Shown here: positions 37,467-49,716 of the stretch, piece after piece
Numbering within the stretch: position 1 is the first letter of the stretch
Layout: each line of letters begins with the position of its first letter
Source: Pristiophorus japonicus
Lineage: Eukaryota
NCBI RefSeq assembly: GCF_044704955.1
Contig: NC_091984.1
Span: forward strand, 177,630,001-177,694,000
DNA length: 64,000 nt
Reading direction: 5' to 3'
Made by a program: the position numbers and the translations under genes
Notes under the pieces: generated by a model
The model's input: only the letters and a program-made list of their open reading frames with translations
What the model was told of the DNA's origin: nothing
Database searches by the model: none

Positions 37467-38440
37467 GTTTTACACACTAATAATAGCCAACGCTGACAGT
37501 TTCACCACCATTACAACTGTAAACCCTGGGCCTATGTCGTCATTCAGGAAGGATAAATCATTAAAATATGGACTAATCTTACGTCAGTTTTGGGTAACAT
37601 CTAGGTTAGATTTTCAACTTGCCACCTACGTGTGGAACTGGCAATCCAGACAAGCTACTTGTACAAACCTCCTGATTTTCATTTCCACTGATTTCAATGG
37701 GAATAAAAATTGGGGGGTTTCAATAAAGGGTGGCAAATCCACAAGGTCAATCGTACACCCCGGCAGCACTTTGAAAATCTAGTCCGCAATAGAGAATTAA
37801 ATTAAATGAACACTGAGGGGCATGGACTAATCATAGACAGACAGTCAGCACGGATTCATCAAAGTGGGAACGTGTTTCACTAATTGAAGAGAATTTTGTG
37901 AGGAAATCATAGAATGTATAGCTGGTGGATGTAGTATAAATGGATTTTGAGATGGTTTAATGAGGCAAAGACATGGTTACTTTATTATAATCACACTGAT
38001 CAATAACATTTTGCAACATCTCACAGAAATAAAAGATACTAAGCACTTCAATGCGAGTTAGTTAGTTACTTCAACTAATCTCGATGAATTGTTGATTGAA
38101 TATATATGAGGATGTGTTTATTTTATATAAAACCATAACAGCCAGCTTCTTACCCTCAAAGCTCCTCATTTATAATAATTATACTATTAAACAAGCTATA
38201 ATTCAGTGAAAGAAAATATGGCACTGTTTTCAAACAAATGCTGTTTGGCCGGACATGCACATGGACCATACCGACATGACCAAATCCTGTGATATAAAAC
38301 ATGTTTCACAGATTGTGATTATTTGGTTAATTAGCACACTATAAGCAATCAAACATTTTATGCTCAGTACTCATTTGAGGCTCTGATTTGCAAATTCCTT
38401 TGGCAGCTGCTCTTCATTATGTTCTGCTCATAATACATCA

Positions 38441-38573
38441 TCAGATGGCCATTTTTTCACAAATATATTTATACTTGGTAGTGCAATAATCGTCATTCCA
38501 CAAACCTTTAATGGCAAGATGAATGCAATCTTTGGAATTCTTATAATTATCTGGCTGACCTGATCTCCAGAAG
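38441..38573 (-). CDS. Gene B last CRD exon (FWRSGQPDNYKNSKDCIHLAIKGLWNDDYCTTKYKYICEKMAI*)
   Basis: Acceptor ttttgtcactag; QPD, WND and YICEK motifs; stop at 38443-38441. Confidence 0.92.
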
Positions 38574-39149
38574 CTAGTGACAAAAACAAAATACATATAT
38601 GAACCATAGGTATAATCTACCAATTTGAAGCAGGGATACAAAAATGAATAGATAGGGGTGAAAGTCAGTATAAAAATTGTTACTAAAATACTGCTTTAAG
38701 AGTTTTGCCTTCTGAGGGGTAGAATTTCCCTGAAGGTTCTCCCGATTTCCCAACGTAACTTCTTGCCACCAAGTATTCGCGGATGTCGGTGCGCAGGGAG
38801 CCTCTGTTTCAAACAAATTGGCACTTCATGAATAAGTTCAAATAACCCCAAAACGGTGATAATGAATACAACCATTTTCCGACCTTTGTGCCCATCACTT
38901 TCTGCCAACGACCCCCCCCCCCACCGCTTCCCCCACAAACGTCGGTTGAAGTTGGGCGCAGCACCTGATCGGAGATATTCTTTTAAGTGGGTTTAAGGAT
39001 TTGCTGCAAGTGTCTGTTAGTGTGTCAGACCCCTCCCTCTGCCCCATGTAAAAGGGACGTAGTCATAGGATTATACAGACATAATTTAAACAGGGGCCCT
39101 AGTCTATCGCTCTATGGCAGCTCTTCTTGGGTTCCCAGTTTATTTGGTT

Positions 39150-39342
39150 GAGGAGGATGATAGCATACTGGTTATGTTACTGGACTAGTATTCCAGTGAT
39201 GCAAGTTCAAATCCCAGCACAGTAGTTTGTGAATTCCATTAATCTGGAATAAAAAAGCTGTATCAGTAATGGTGACCATGAAGCTATCAGATTGTGGTAA
39301 AAACCCCGCTTGTTTACTAATGTCCTTTTGGGAAGGAAACCG
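39150..39342 (+). mobile_element. tRNA-derived SINE 5' portion
   Basis: tagcatactgg (A-box-like) and agttcaaatccc (B-box-like), followed by a repeat body. Confidence 0.55.
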
Positions 39343-40810
39343 CCAAAATTGGGAGAGCTGTCCCACAGACTAGTCAAGCAGCAGCCTGACATAATCATAC
39401 TTACAGAACCAACATCCCAGATTCCTCCAGCACCAGAACTGGGTTATGTCCATCTCATCAGCAGGACAGACTCACCAGAGGCGGTAATACAGTGGTATAC
39501 AGTAGAGAAGGAGTGGCCTTGGGAGACCTTAACATTGACTGCGGATCATGAAATTTCATAGCATCAGGTCAAACATGGGCAAAGAAACTTACCACCCTCC
39601 CTCAGTTGATGAATGACTTTTAACGCAACTTGGAAGAAGTACAGAGGTTAACAATAATGTACTCTGTGCTTCAAAGTCTATCACCAAGAGTGGCTTGGCA
39701 GCACCACTACTGACTCAGCTGGCCGAGTCTGGAAGGACATAGCTGCCAAACGACCAACGAGTGCAAAAACATACTTGACCTTGCTACTCAACAATCTACC
39801 CATTGGGGATGAATCTGTCCATGACGGTATTGTTAGGAGTGACCATCGCAGTCCTTGTGGAGACAAAACCTAGTCTTCACCGGGTGTTGAATGGCAATAC
39901 CAATGTGCCAATATTCAGAACTGATCTAGCAGCTCAAAACTGGACATCCATGAGGAGCAGCAGCAGAACTGTATTCCACCAGAATCTGTAACCAAATGGC
40001 ATGGCATTTCCCAGTCTGTAATTGCCACCAAGTAAGGGAACCAACTCTCATTCAATGAGTGTAGAAGAGCAGCACTAAGTGAACATGAAAATTTGTGCCA
40101 ACCTGGAGTAACTACAACACAGCTTGCTAAACAGCTGAAGCACAGAGCTAAGCTATCTCACAACCAATGAGTAAAAACAAAGCTCTGCGGTCCTGCCACA
40201 TCCAGTCATGAATGGTGGTGTGTAATTAAACAAGAGGTGGAGGTTCCATGAAAATCCTCATCCTCAACGATGGCGATGACCAGCACGCGAGTGCCAAAGA
40301 CAAGGCTGAAGCATTCACAACCATCTTCAGCCAGAAGTGCCAAGTGGATGATCCATCTCGGCCTCCTCCTGAGGTACCCACCATCACAGATTCCAGTCTT
40401 CAGCAAGTTCGATTCACTCCACGTAACATCAATAAACAGCTGAGTGCATTGGATACAGCAAAAGCTATGGGCATCAACAATATTCCAACTATAGTGCTGA
40501 TTACTTGTGCTCCGAACTATCCATGTCACTAGCCAAGCTGTTCCAGTACAGCTGCAACACTGACATATACCCAACAAAGTGGTAAATTGCCCATGTATGT
40601 CCTGTCCACAAAAAGCAGAACAAATCCAATCTGGCCATTTACTATCTCATCAGTCTGCTCTCAATCAGCAGCAAAGTGATGATAGTACTGTTGATGACAC
40701 TTTCCAAGTGCCACTTACTCATCAATAACCTGTTAACTGATGTTCAGTTTGGATTCTGCCAGGATCATTCAGCTGCATACCTCAACAGCCTTGGTGTAAA
40801 CATGGATCAA
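39340..40810 (+). mobile_element. Degraded LINE ORF2 of a separate CR1/L2-group family
   Basis: PKLGELSHRLVKQQPDIIILTE, SDH, AKDKAEAF..FSQKC and QFGF motifs. An RT fragment, probably of the same family, lies on the minus strand at ~42280-42420 (WADKWQVTFAPHK). Confidence 0.75.
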
Positions 40811-41062
40811 AATCCAGACTTTCAAACAGGTGTTTCTTATTAACAGAGCACCCAATCAGCACCTGTTTTCATCCTTTGGCCAAAATAACCCTCTGCTTTC
40901 TGCCTGTGCGCTCTCTAGACTGCAATTTTCCTGGCCATTAAAATGAATGCGGGGAAATCATGGGCTACCGAGCGTACTAGCAGAAACGCGGACCGTTTGT
41001 CCAAAAGTTGATAACTCATTAAAAGGGAAGAATTCTGTAATGAACAGCATGAATTTACTTAC

Positions 41063-41174
41063 TTTGGAGTGCTTGAAAAACTTGTACCATCTTCCCAAGC
41101 CACACACCTTTATTGATCATGTCAATGAGTCCAATCCAATAAAACTGGGAATCTGCTCGATTAACAAGGAAATC
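41063..41174 (-). CDS. Gene B middle CRD exon (DFLVNRADSQFYWIGLIDMINKGVW-/-WEDGTSFSSTP), 1-nt deletion
   Basis: ttacag|GAT and AA|gtaagt splice sites; YWIGL and WEDGT motifs. The exon is 112 nt where 113 is needed. Confidence 0.9.
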
Positions 41175-42499
41175 CTGTAAGGCGATTGGATATAACTTTA
41201 ATTACACCAAGTACAAGGATATCCAATAAAGAATGACAAAAAACAAAGGGGTAGAAACTTGCTTTGGGCAAATGCCGTGCCCGACCCGATATTCAGTTCA
41301 ATTGACTAAAAAGGGCTGAAATTCTCCTCTTCTGCGCATCTGGTAAGCACCTGCAGGGGCCACTAACAGGGCATGGAAATTGGCTAATGCCCCATGAGGC
41401 TGCCGTCGCCTGTGCAAGCCTCGTAGGTCTCGAATCGGACCTGTGACCCAGCAAACCTTAAAGGGGAGATGCGTTGCACCACTCACCGCCTTCTTGGATG
41501 TCTCCCGACTCACTGGTCAGGCCAATCGCCGCTCATTTCTTGGGATCTGGGCCACCATCGTGCAGCCCGGCACTCCGCCTGGTGACGGACTGCGGCCACA
41601 GCACCCCTTAGCGCTGGTTGCCCAGTGGAGGCCTTCAAATGGTCTGTAGAGTTCTCAGCGTCCCTCCCCTAAACGGAAGGGGAAGGATGTTGAAACGAGT
41701 CAGCGCTACGCGGAGAAGCTGCACAAGTGGCGCCCCCGAACCTGCCCCAAAGGGAAGTGGAGAACGCGAGATTGCGTTCCACTTCCTGTGAGGGGCGGTA
41801 ACCACAATTTTGCAGCCAGGTGGGAGTTCCGCCCCAGGCGCGAGTTCCGCCCCAGGCGCAGCAAGTCCTGCCCCCCCTCGGTTATCGCCCCAAACCGAAT
41901 TTCACCTACTAAGTATTTAATTTAAATAAACAACATGGTTAATACCAATAACGCAAATGCAGGCATGTCTTATCTGCTGCTGCCAATAATGCTCTCTGTA
42001 CTTCCTTTGCTTTTGTTAAATTTTCTCCCTTTCTTACTTAAAGAACATTACTTTGCTCGCGGCTCACGATTCCACCTGTAGATTTCAACACTTGATCTCA
42101 TCGACCCTTCAATAGTAGAACCTATAGGTTCAATACTGGTAGTCAACACCCTATCAATCCCCAATCGTTTTTCCCATGCATTAATGGACATACATCCATC
42201 AAGACTGAGATCAGCAGTGAGAATAATTTGCACTAGTTTCATATGAAATAGGACAAGGGCAGAGATGCAAAACAGACAGAATGGTGGGGGATGGTCAATG
42301 CTCGTCACTTGTGTGGCGCGAATGTTACTTGCCACTTATCAGCCCAACCTGACTGTTTCCAAGTCTTGCTGCATGTGGGCACGAACAGCTTCATTTTCTG
42401 AGGAGCTGCGAATGGAACTGATTCTGCCTTCCCTTTCCTATACTTACATCTACACATATCTGGTTCCCACAATGAGAGTCTGTTTGCTTTCAAAATTCC

Positions 42500-44900
42500 G
42501 GGGGTGGGAGTTGCTGGGGAGGGTTTAAACTAGCTTGGTGGGAGGATGGGAACCTGGACATAGATTCAGAAGGGAAGAGAAGCAAAACTGGAAATGGAAG
42601 GCAGAAAATTAGTAAGTGAGTATGGAAGGCAGAGGAAACAAAGGCTAGAAAATAGACAACAAATGAGTTTGATAGTGCCAAATGGCATATACTTCAACGC
42701 AAGGAGTTTGGTGAGTAAGGCAGATGAGCTGAGGACAGTGGCAGACACATGGAAGTATGATATAATAGCTACTGTATTACTAAAACATGGCTTAAAACAG
42801 GGTTTTCAGATGAAATAAAGAGGGGGATAAAAAAGGAGGAGGGTCGCAATAAAGAAACAATTACAGCTGTGAGGAGGAATGATATTTGAGAAGTATCAAA
42901 TGAGGCCAAATATAATAGTAACATACTGCGGATGCTAGAATCTGAAAAAATAAATCAGAACATGCTGGAAATCTCAGTGGGTCAGGCAGCATCTGGATAG
43001 TAAAACAGCATTAACATTCTGGGTTGACGACCATTCTTCAGAACTTCAATCAAATGAGGCCACATGGGTTGAACTGAAGAATAAAAAAGGGGCAATGACA
43101 CTGCTGCGATTATACTATAGACCCCCGAACAGTCAGAGGCAGATAGAAGAGCAAATATGTAGGCACATTTCTGAAAAGTGCAAGAACAATATGGCACTCA
43201 TAGTAGGGGAATTCAATTACCTAATATTAACTGGGATAGAATCAATGTAAAAGGAATAATGAATGAAGAATCCTTAAATGCATTGAGGAGATTTCTATTA
43301 GCCAGTACGAAGTAAGCCCAACAAGAGAAGGGGCAGTTCTGGACTTAGTTTTAGGAAATGAAGCTGGGGCGCTGGAAGTGGTATCAGTGGGAGAGCATTT
43401 TGGTGGTAGTGATCCTAATTCAGTTAGGTTTATTGTAGCTATGGAAAAGGACATGGAGACTAGGAGTCAAAGTTCTCCATTTGGGGGAAGGCCACTTTTG
43501 CAAAGCTGAAATGTGATTTAGAAAAAGTGGACTGGAAGCAGCTACTTGAAGGTAAATCATTGTCAAAGCAGTGGGAGGCATTCAAGGGGGAAGATAGTGA
43601 GGATTCAGAGCAAACATGTTCCCACAATGAAAAAGGATGGGAGTCCCAAATCTAGAGCCCCTGAATGTCTAGGAGCATACAGGATAGGATATGGAAAAAA
43701 GGGAAGGTTTGTCAGATACCAAGCGTTCAATGCTGAGAAGAGTATAGAAAATGCAGGAGTGAAATTAAAAAGGAAAGTAGGAAAGCAAAGAGAGGACATG
43801 AAATTTTTGTAAAGGATACCCCCAAAATGTGTTATCAATACATAAAGAGCAAGAGAATAACTAAAGGTGGTTTAGGGTCTATTAGAGACCATAAAGGTAA
43901 CCTGTATGTGGAGGCGGAAGTCATGGACATGGTTCTTAATGAATACTTCACGTCTCTCTTCACAAAAGAGTGTGACATTGTAGTTAAGGAGGAGGAGTAT
44001 GAAATAATAGACGAGATAAATGTAGTGAGAGGAAAAACATTACAGTATTTAGCATCCTTGAAAGTAGATAAATCGCATGGAATAAATGAAATATATCCCA
44101 GACTGTTAACGGAAGCAAGGGAGGAAATAGCAGAGGCTCTGTCCATCAATTTCCAATCATCTCTGGCTACTGACATAGTGCTAGAGGATTGGAGGACTGC
44201 TAATATTGTTTTAAAAAGGGAGAAAGGGATAGACGGAGTAATTACAGGCTAGTCAGCCTAACCTTGGTGGTGGGCAATTTATTGCAAAAAAATTCTCAGG
44301 GATAGGATAACTTGTCATTTAAAAAGGCACAGATTAACCAAGGACAGTCAGTATGAATTTGTTAAGCGTCTGACTAACTTGACTGCATACAGTTCTGGTC
44401 ACCACATTACAGGAAAGATGTGATTGCACTGGAGAGGGTACAGAAGAGATTGACGAAGATGTTGCCAGGACTGGAGAATTTTAGCTTTGTGGAAATATTG
44501 GATAGGCTGGAGTTGTTTTCTTTGGAACAGAGGAGGCTGAGAGGAGATTTAATTGAGGTGTATAAAATTCTGAGGGGCCTAGATAGAGTGGATAGTAAAT
44601 ATCCATTTCCCTTAGCAGAAAGGTCAACAACCACCAGGGGGGATATATTTAAAGTAATTAGTAGAAGGATTAGATTGGAGTTGAAGAAAAATCTTTTCAT
44701 CCAGAGGGTGGTCGGGGTCTGGAACTCACTACCTGAAAGGGTGATTGAGGCAGAAACCCTCATCACATTTGGATATGCACCTGAAGTACCATAACCTACA
44801 AGGATACAGACCAAGAGCTGAAAAGTGGGATAAGGCTAAATGACTCTTCTCTGGCCGAATGGCCTCCTTCTGTGCCTTAAACTTCCAGGATTTTATGAAA
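42500..44900 (+). mobile_element. Old CR1 LINE from the ORF1/ORF2 junction to the 3' UTR, with an internal deletion near 44380
   Basis: YFNARSLVSKADEL, YYRPP, LDLVL, LKVDKS and LERVQKRLTKM..QRVVGVWNSLP. Confidence 0.85.
42909..43048 (-). mobile_element. 140-bp Penelope pseudo-LTR/hammerhead-like unit with a 14-bp TSD
   Basis: Homologous to 10900-10995; flanked by atcaaatgaggcca at 42895-42908 and 43049-43062. Confidence 0.75.
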
Positions 44901-45906
44901 TTATCTTTAAACTGACATCCCCTTGCAAGCTTAGCTTTGTTTGCAGAACCTTGTTGACCTAATCAAAACCATGTGTTAGTCTGTATCGTACAGAATAAAT
45001 TAATACAGAAATTTTAATACTGTATTAAGCTATTTTTCCTAAATTTCACACCAGATGTTCTGAGCCTCCTGCTAAGTCATGCCCAATGTATCTGATTTCT
45101 ACATTTCCTACTTTCTATGCTAACTATCCTAAGATACCCTTTACTTATGCAAAGCTGTTAGCATATTATATAATACACTATCCTACATAATGCTTACAAT
45201 TTTAAACGGTCAACAAAACACAGGCAGCATACTTGGAGACTTCCCTTCAGTTTCAGACTTAAATTTGTGGCCATTGTGTAAAGTAAGTTATAAAGGAAGA
45301 GGAAGAATATGCTGATATAATATTTCCATAGAAGTTACCAATCTCCTCTATAACATTGATGGAACATCAGTGGAAACATTCTGAAATGGTATAACCAGCC
45401 ATGCACACCATTTCTCCAGGAGCTCTGCCATTCCACCACCAAAGTTATGTCTGGTAATTGGAAGAATTCCAGTGGAAATCACTGACCTTTGTCTCTCGCA
45501 GTTAAATATTCATTCTGAACTTTATAGAATACAAAATAAAAGCTATATTATCTTCTCTTGTCTTTGTCTCTGTATTCTCTCTTACACAACACGGCACAAT
45601 CGTAAACACCCTTTCTCAATAAAACTGATTAAGGTTTTGAAATGAACCTTTAAAATTTTTTTTTACCAATTTTGAAAAACAGCTGAAAAGAACCTGCCAA
45701 ATGTGAAATTCAGCAGTTCAGCTGACTAAATTGCATTGGTGCATCCTGGTAAATTGGGCACACTGCAGATGCACACTCTGTGCGGTTAACAGAGGCACAG
45801 CTGTCAGAGAAGAGTTCCACTTCACTGATTTGAGAGCACCTCGGACTTTCGTGAAAACACTGCAATGAAGGCAATAAAATATTCTAATGATTAATGTAAT
45901 CATGTT

Positions 45907-46144
45907 TGTAATATATGCACCCGAGTATGCTCACAGGTTTGTAGAGCTGTTAAATTGTGAGTTGCTTAGCCAGTCATATGATGTTCACAAGACTCAATAA
46001 ACCCCCTGCATTTGTGGGCCTAGTGGATGAACTGGTAGTGTGTAGTGTGATTGTTAAACCTTCATTAATAAACCAACTAATTCTTAATAGCATTGTGTTG
46101 ATATGAATTCATAAGCAAAGAACCCATGAACCAAATACATTACA
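45907..46144 (+). mobile_element. Solo LTR (238 bp)
   Basis: tgtaat...attaca termini, aataaa signals and a perfect 5-bp TSD atgtt. Confidence 0.85.
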
Positions 46145-47151
46145 ATGTTAATGTCAAATATATATTATTTTATGTTTTAAGCATTTTAATTGTTTTGTGG
46201 GGGGAAAAAGAAAATACAGCACCACCCAGTGGCCAAGTAGTCATTGTAACAGCCAAGAGTTGACATTTTAATATTGTAATTCACTTAGGAAATGCTATAT
46301 TCTTGTTTTCTGTGCAACATGCGTCTTACATAATAACAAAAGAAAGATATAGTAATGTATATAATTCTTCAGATGTTCAACTTTGTGATGAGAAATAATA
46401 ATGCCCAAGATTATTTAAGTTTCCAAAATCTTTACAATATATTCCATTTGGTAACAGGAGTGCATTGAATCCCTCCCAAACTTGCTGTTCAGCCAAGAAA
46501 TAGGGCCACTTGTTTTTGAGGGGAACAAATCAATACCAAGCTTTCAAGGCCAACTCGAATGAAGATTACATACTGAAGGAAGGTAAGGGAGAAGGGCAGG
46601 GCTACAATGGTGGGAGGGGAAATAATGTGGTGGAGGATGCATGTGTAGACTCCTTTTTTCTGTGTGGGGGTCTTGCTTTGTGTATGTGGAGAGGTTTCAC
46701 CTTTTGCTTATGCTTTGATTATTTGGGAAGTCTTGCATTTTTAAGTGGAGTGGGGGGTCGCATAATTTTGTCTGTGGGGGTGGTTACATTTCCACCTCAC
46801 CTTGTTTCTAATTTCTGCAGTACAATTTACACAGAAACACATACTTTGGTTTAGGAGCTAATTAGTAGAATTATAAAGATGTATTTTTCTCCAAAATTAT
46901 GAGAAATAAATTTTCAAGATATTTATATGTATCATTTACTTACTTTGACCAGAGTAAATGACCAAATATTCAACATATTTACGTAATAAATTATCCCACC
47001 AACGAATTTGAAGTTCACAAATATAATTGCAAAAGCATATTGAAAACCGGAGGTGAAAACAACTTCTCACCGAACAGAAAAATAAGTAAAACGTTCAGTG
47101 AAAGTGTCTATAGAATTATTTTAATCGTATTACGGAGAATATGTATCATAC

Positions 47152-47297
47152 CTGTTCCATGCTATTGTTAATCACAACCACGTTCGATTGGCTTGATTGG
47201 TAAGCTGTTCTTGCATTCCCAAAGTTGTCCTTGGATGTCGAAAAGAAATAACATTTTCCAGCAAACAATATCCAATGTTCCGGACAGAGATTCCGAG
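47152..47297 (-). CDS. Gene B first CRD exon (RNLCPEHWILFAGKCYFFSTSKDNFGNARTAYQSSQSNVVVINNSMEQ)
   Basis: Poly-T tag acceptor and CAG|gtatga donor; CPxxW..CYFFS and VINxxxEQ motifs. Confidence 0.92.
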
Positions 47298-48955
47298 CTA
47301 AAAAAAAACAATCATTTTTGTTAGTATCACTGCACGTTGTGCGTTACATATGTGGATTTCATCCTTCCCAATCTTCCTCACGGCCGACCCTCTTTTATTG
47401 CTATTAATTGCTTCAGAGACATACTCTCTCATTCTAAGAACGAGAGATTCAATTTCAATCAGCATCTCTAGTGCATCTCACTATTATTATTTGTTTGCCT
47501 CCTTCGTACAATTATTAAGGGTCAAAATTCGTTATGTCCGTTTTTGAGACGATGTTACCACCTGAATGCTGATTTAAGCGCCGGACGTTGGGCGCAGCCT
47601 CAAAGTTTTAAATTCAGTTTAAAGTCAGCCCAAAAATGAGAGAGCAGTGCTTAAAAAGTGGCGTTGCACACTCATCCTAGGGCAGCAGCTCAGGAGGCCT
47701 ACTGAACTTCCCAACGGGAAGCTGCCGTCTTGCTCGAAAAAAAAACTGAAAGAAACGAAAAGTAACTAAAATTTCTCCGATACACATACTTCCCCACTCT
47801 TAAAACTAATGAAACCATGCAGAAACAAATAGAGATAAAAACTTACCTTCCTTTCTGGGCGATTCCGCCCGAGATACGCTCTTTAACCGCCACCTTTTTC
47901 CTGGCCGTACCGCCGCTTGTTTGTACCGTACAAAGCAAGTGTGCTGACAGAGGCGTTTTACGCTGGATAACGTCATCACATAGGTGGCGTTAGCCGGCGC
48001 AGCGTTGCCTCTTGGCGCCTCTGCCAAAGAGCCGACTGACTGTAGGATGAGGCGTCGACGCCGCCTACCCGTCGAAGGTCGGCCTCCTGCGCGTGGTAAC
48101 AGGCGGCGTCCACAGCCGAATTTCAATCCCTTAATCTCTCTTTAGCAACCTTTATCACCAGCTGGGACTTCTCTGCATCTATTTAATTTGACACTTGCCA
48201 GGTAACGAACAGAAAGAGCTGGACCATAAACAAATGTTTCATCTCGGTAGCAAATTAGCGACGGCCTAATTATTCTAGTCGGTTGTGTATTGTCGGAGCA
48301 AGGGATTAAGAAGTGAGCGTCATCGCTCAGTGTGGGCAAATGGCAAGGAATGCTTTCATGTGTTCATGATCTCATGATTTCCTCTGGTCGGCATTTCTAG
48401 AAAATTCACGGATGTCTTATTTTTAAACATATTTTCAGCTTACTGAGATATACAGGCTGCAGGAAATCTTCATGGTCACATTTACCAAGTTGTTTCAGAT
48501 CACAATTTTATAGAAAGCAATCCTTCCCTGTGCCCCCTTCATTGTGAACGCCGCTCCCAATTTTGCTCCTGCGCCCCACACCATTCTCAATGTTTGAATG
48601 CGCAGAAAAATTTAATTATAAACCTGATCGTAGCCTGTGTTGTTCGAGCTAAGATTGTTTAAACTTAAATTCCCAGAATTATCGTGAGGATTCTTCCGTT
48701 CCACTGCCGTAACTTCGGCGGAAACTTTGGAGAAACGGTTAAAAGCGGTAGTTTAGGTCACTTCTCCAGGGTTTCTGTCAAAGTTAAGGTGGGGGATCAG
48801 GAGTACACCACACAAGGTCTCCCCGTCAACATTACTGTAATGATAGATTCAATATCTTTCCTCAACAATTCACAAAATGACTATTTCCCATGTAAAACAA
48901 AACCCATTATTTGGGCGATAAGTCATGACTCTATTCTAGAAAATTGTATATTCAC

Positions 48956-49268
48956 AACATAAAAACATAGAAAATAGATGCAGGAGTAGGCCATTCGACC
49001 CTTCAAGCCTGCACCACCATTCAATAAGATCATGGCTGATCATTCACCTCAGTACCCCTCTCCATACCCCTTGATCCCTTTCGCCATAAGGGCCATATCT
49101 AACTCCCTCTTGAATATATCCAATGAACTGGCATCAACAACTCTCTGTGGTAGGGAATTCCACAGGTTAACAACTCTCTGAGTGAAGAAGTTTCTCCTCA
49201 TCTCAGTCCTAAATGGCCTACCCCTTATCCTAAGACTGTGTCCCCTGGTTCTGGACTTCCCGAACATC
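48956..49268 (-). mobile_element. CR1 3' fragment
   Basis: KSRTRGHSLRIRG..WNSLP coding sequence and tail. Confidence 0.9.
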
Positions 49269-49716
49269 AGCTCCACTGGTCAGGCCACATAGTCCGCATG
49301 CCAGATACAAGACTCCTAAAGCAAGCATTCTACTCGGAACTCATCCACGGCAAACGAGCCAAAGGCGGGCAGAGGAAACATTACAAGAACACCCTGAAAG
49401 CCTCCCAGATAAAGTGCAACATCAGCACTGACACCTGGGAATCCTTGGCCATAGACAGCCCTAAGTGGAGGAAGTGCATTCGGGAGGGCGCTGAGCTCCT
49501 TGAGCCGAGAGCATGCAGAAATTAAGCGCAGGCAGCGGAAGGAACTTGCGGCAAACCAGGCTCACTGCCCACCCTTTCCCTCAACGACTATCTGTCCGAC
49601 CTGTGACAGAGACAATGGTTCTCGTATTGGACTGTACAGGCACCTAAGAACTCATGCTAAGAGTGGAAGCAAGCCTTCCTCGATTCCGAGGGACTGCCTA
49701 TGCTGATGATGATGAT
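49266..49716 (+). mobile_element. RTE-clade LINE 3' fragment
   Basis: QLHWSGHIVRMPDTRLLKQAFYSEL..GKRAKGGQRK, a C-terminal CPTC..SRIGLYRHLRTH finger and a (tga)n tail. Confidence 0.85.

Noticed and set aside
41250-41910. GC/CpG-rich patches (also 47520-48130, 51600-52050) as CpG-island promoters
   Set aside because: They are bounded by ggg..aaatt / aatttc..cc termini typical of Harbinger-derived MITEs, so they are more likely repeats.
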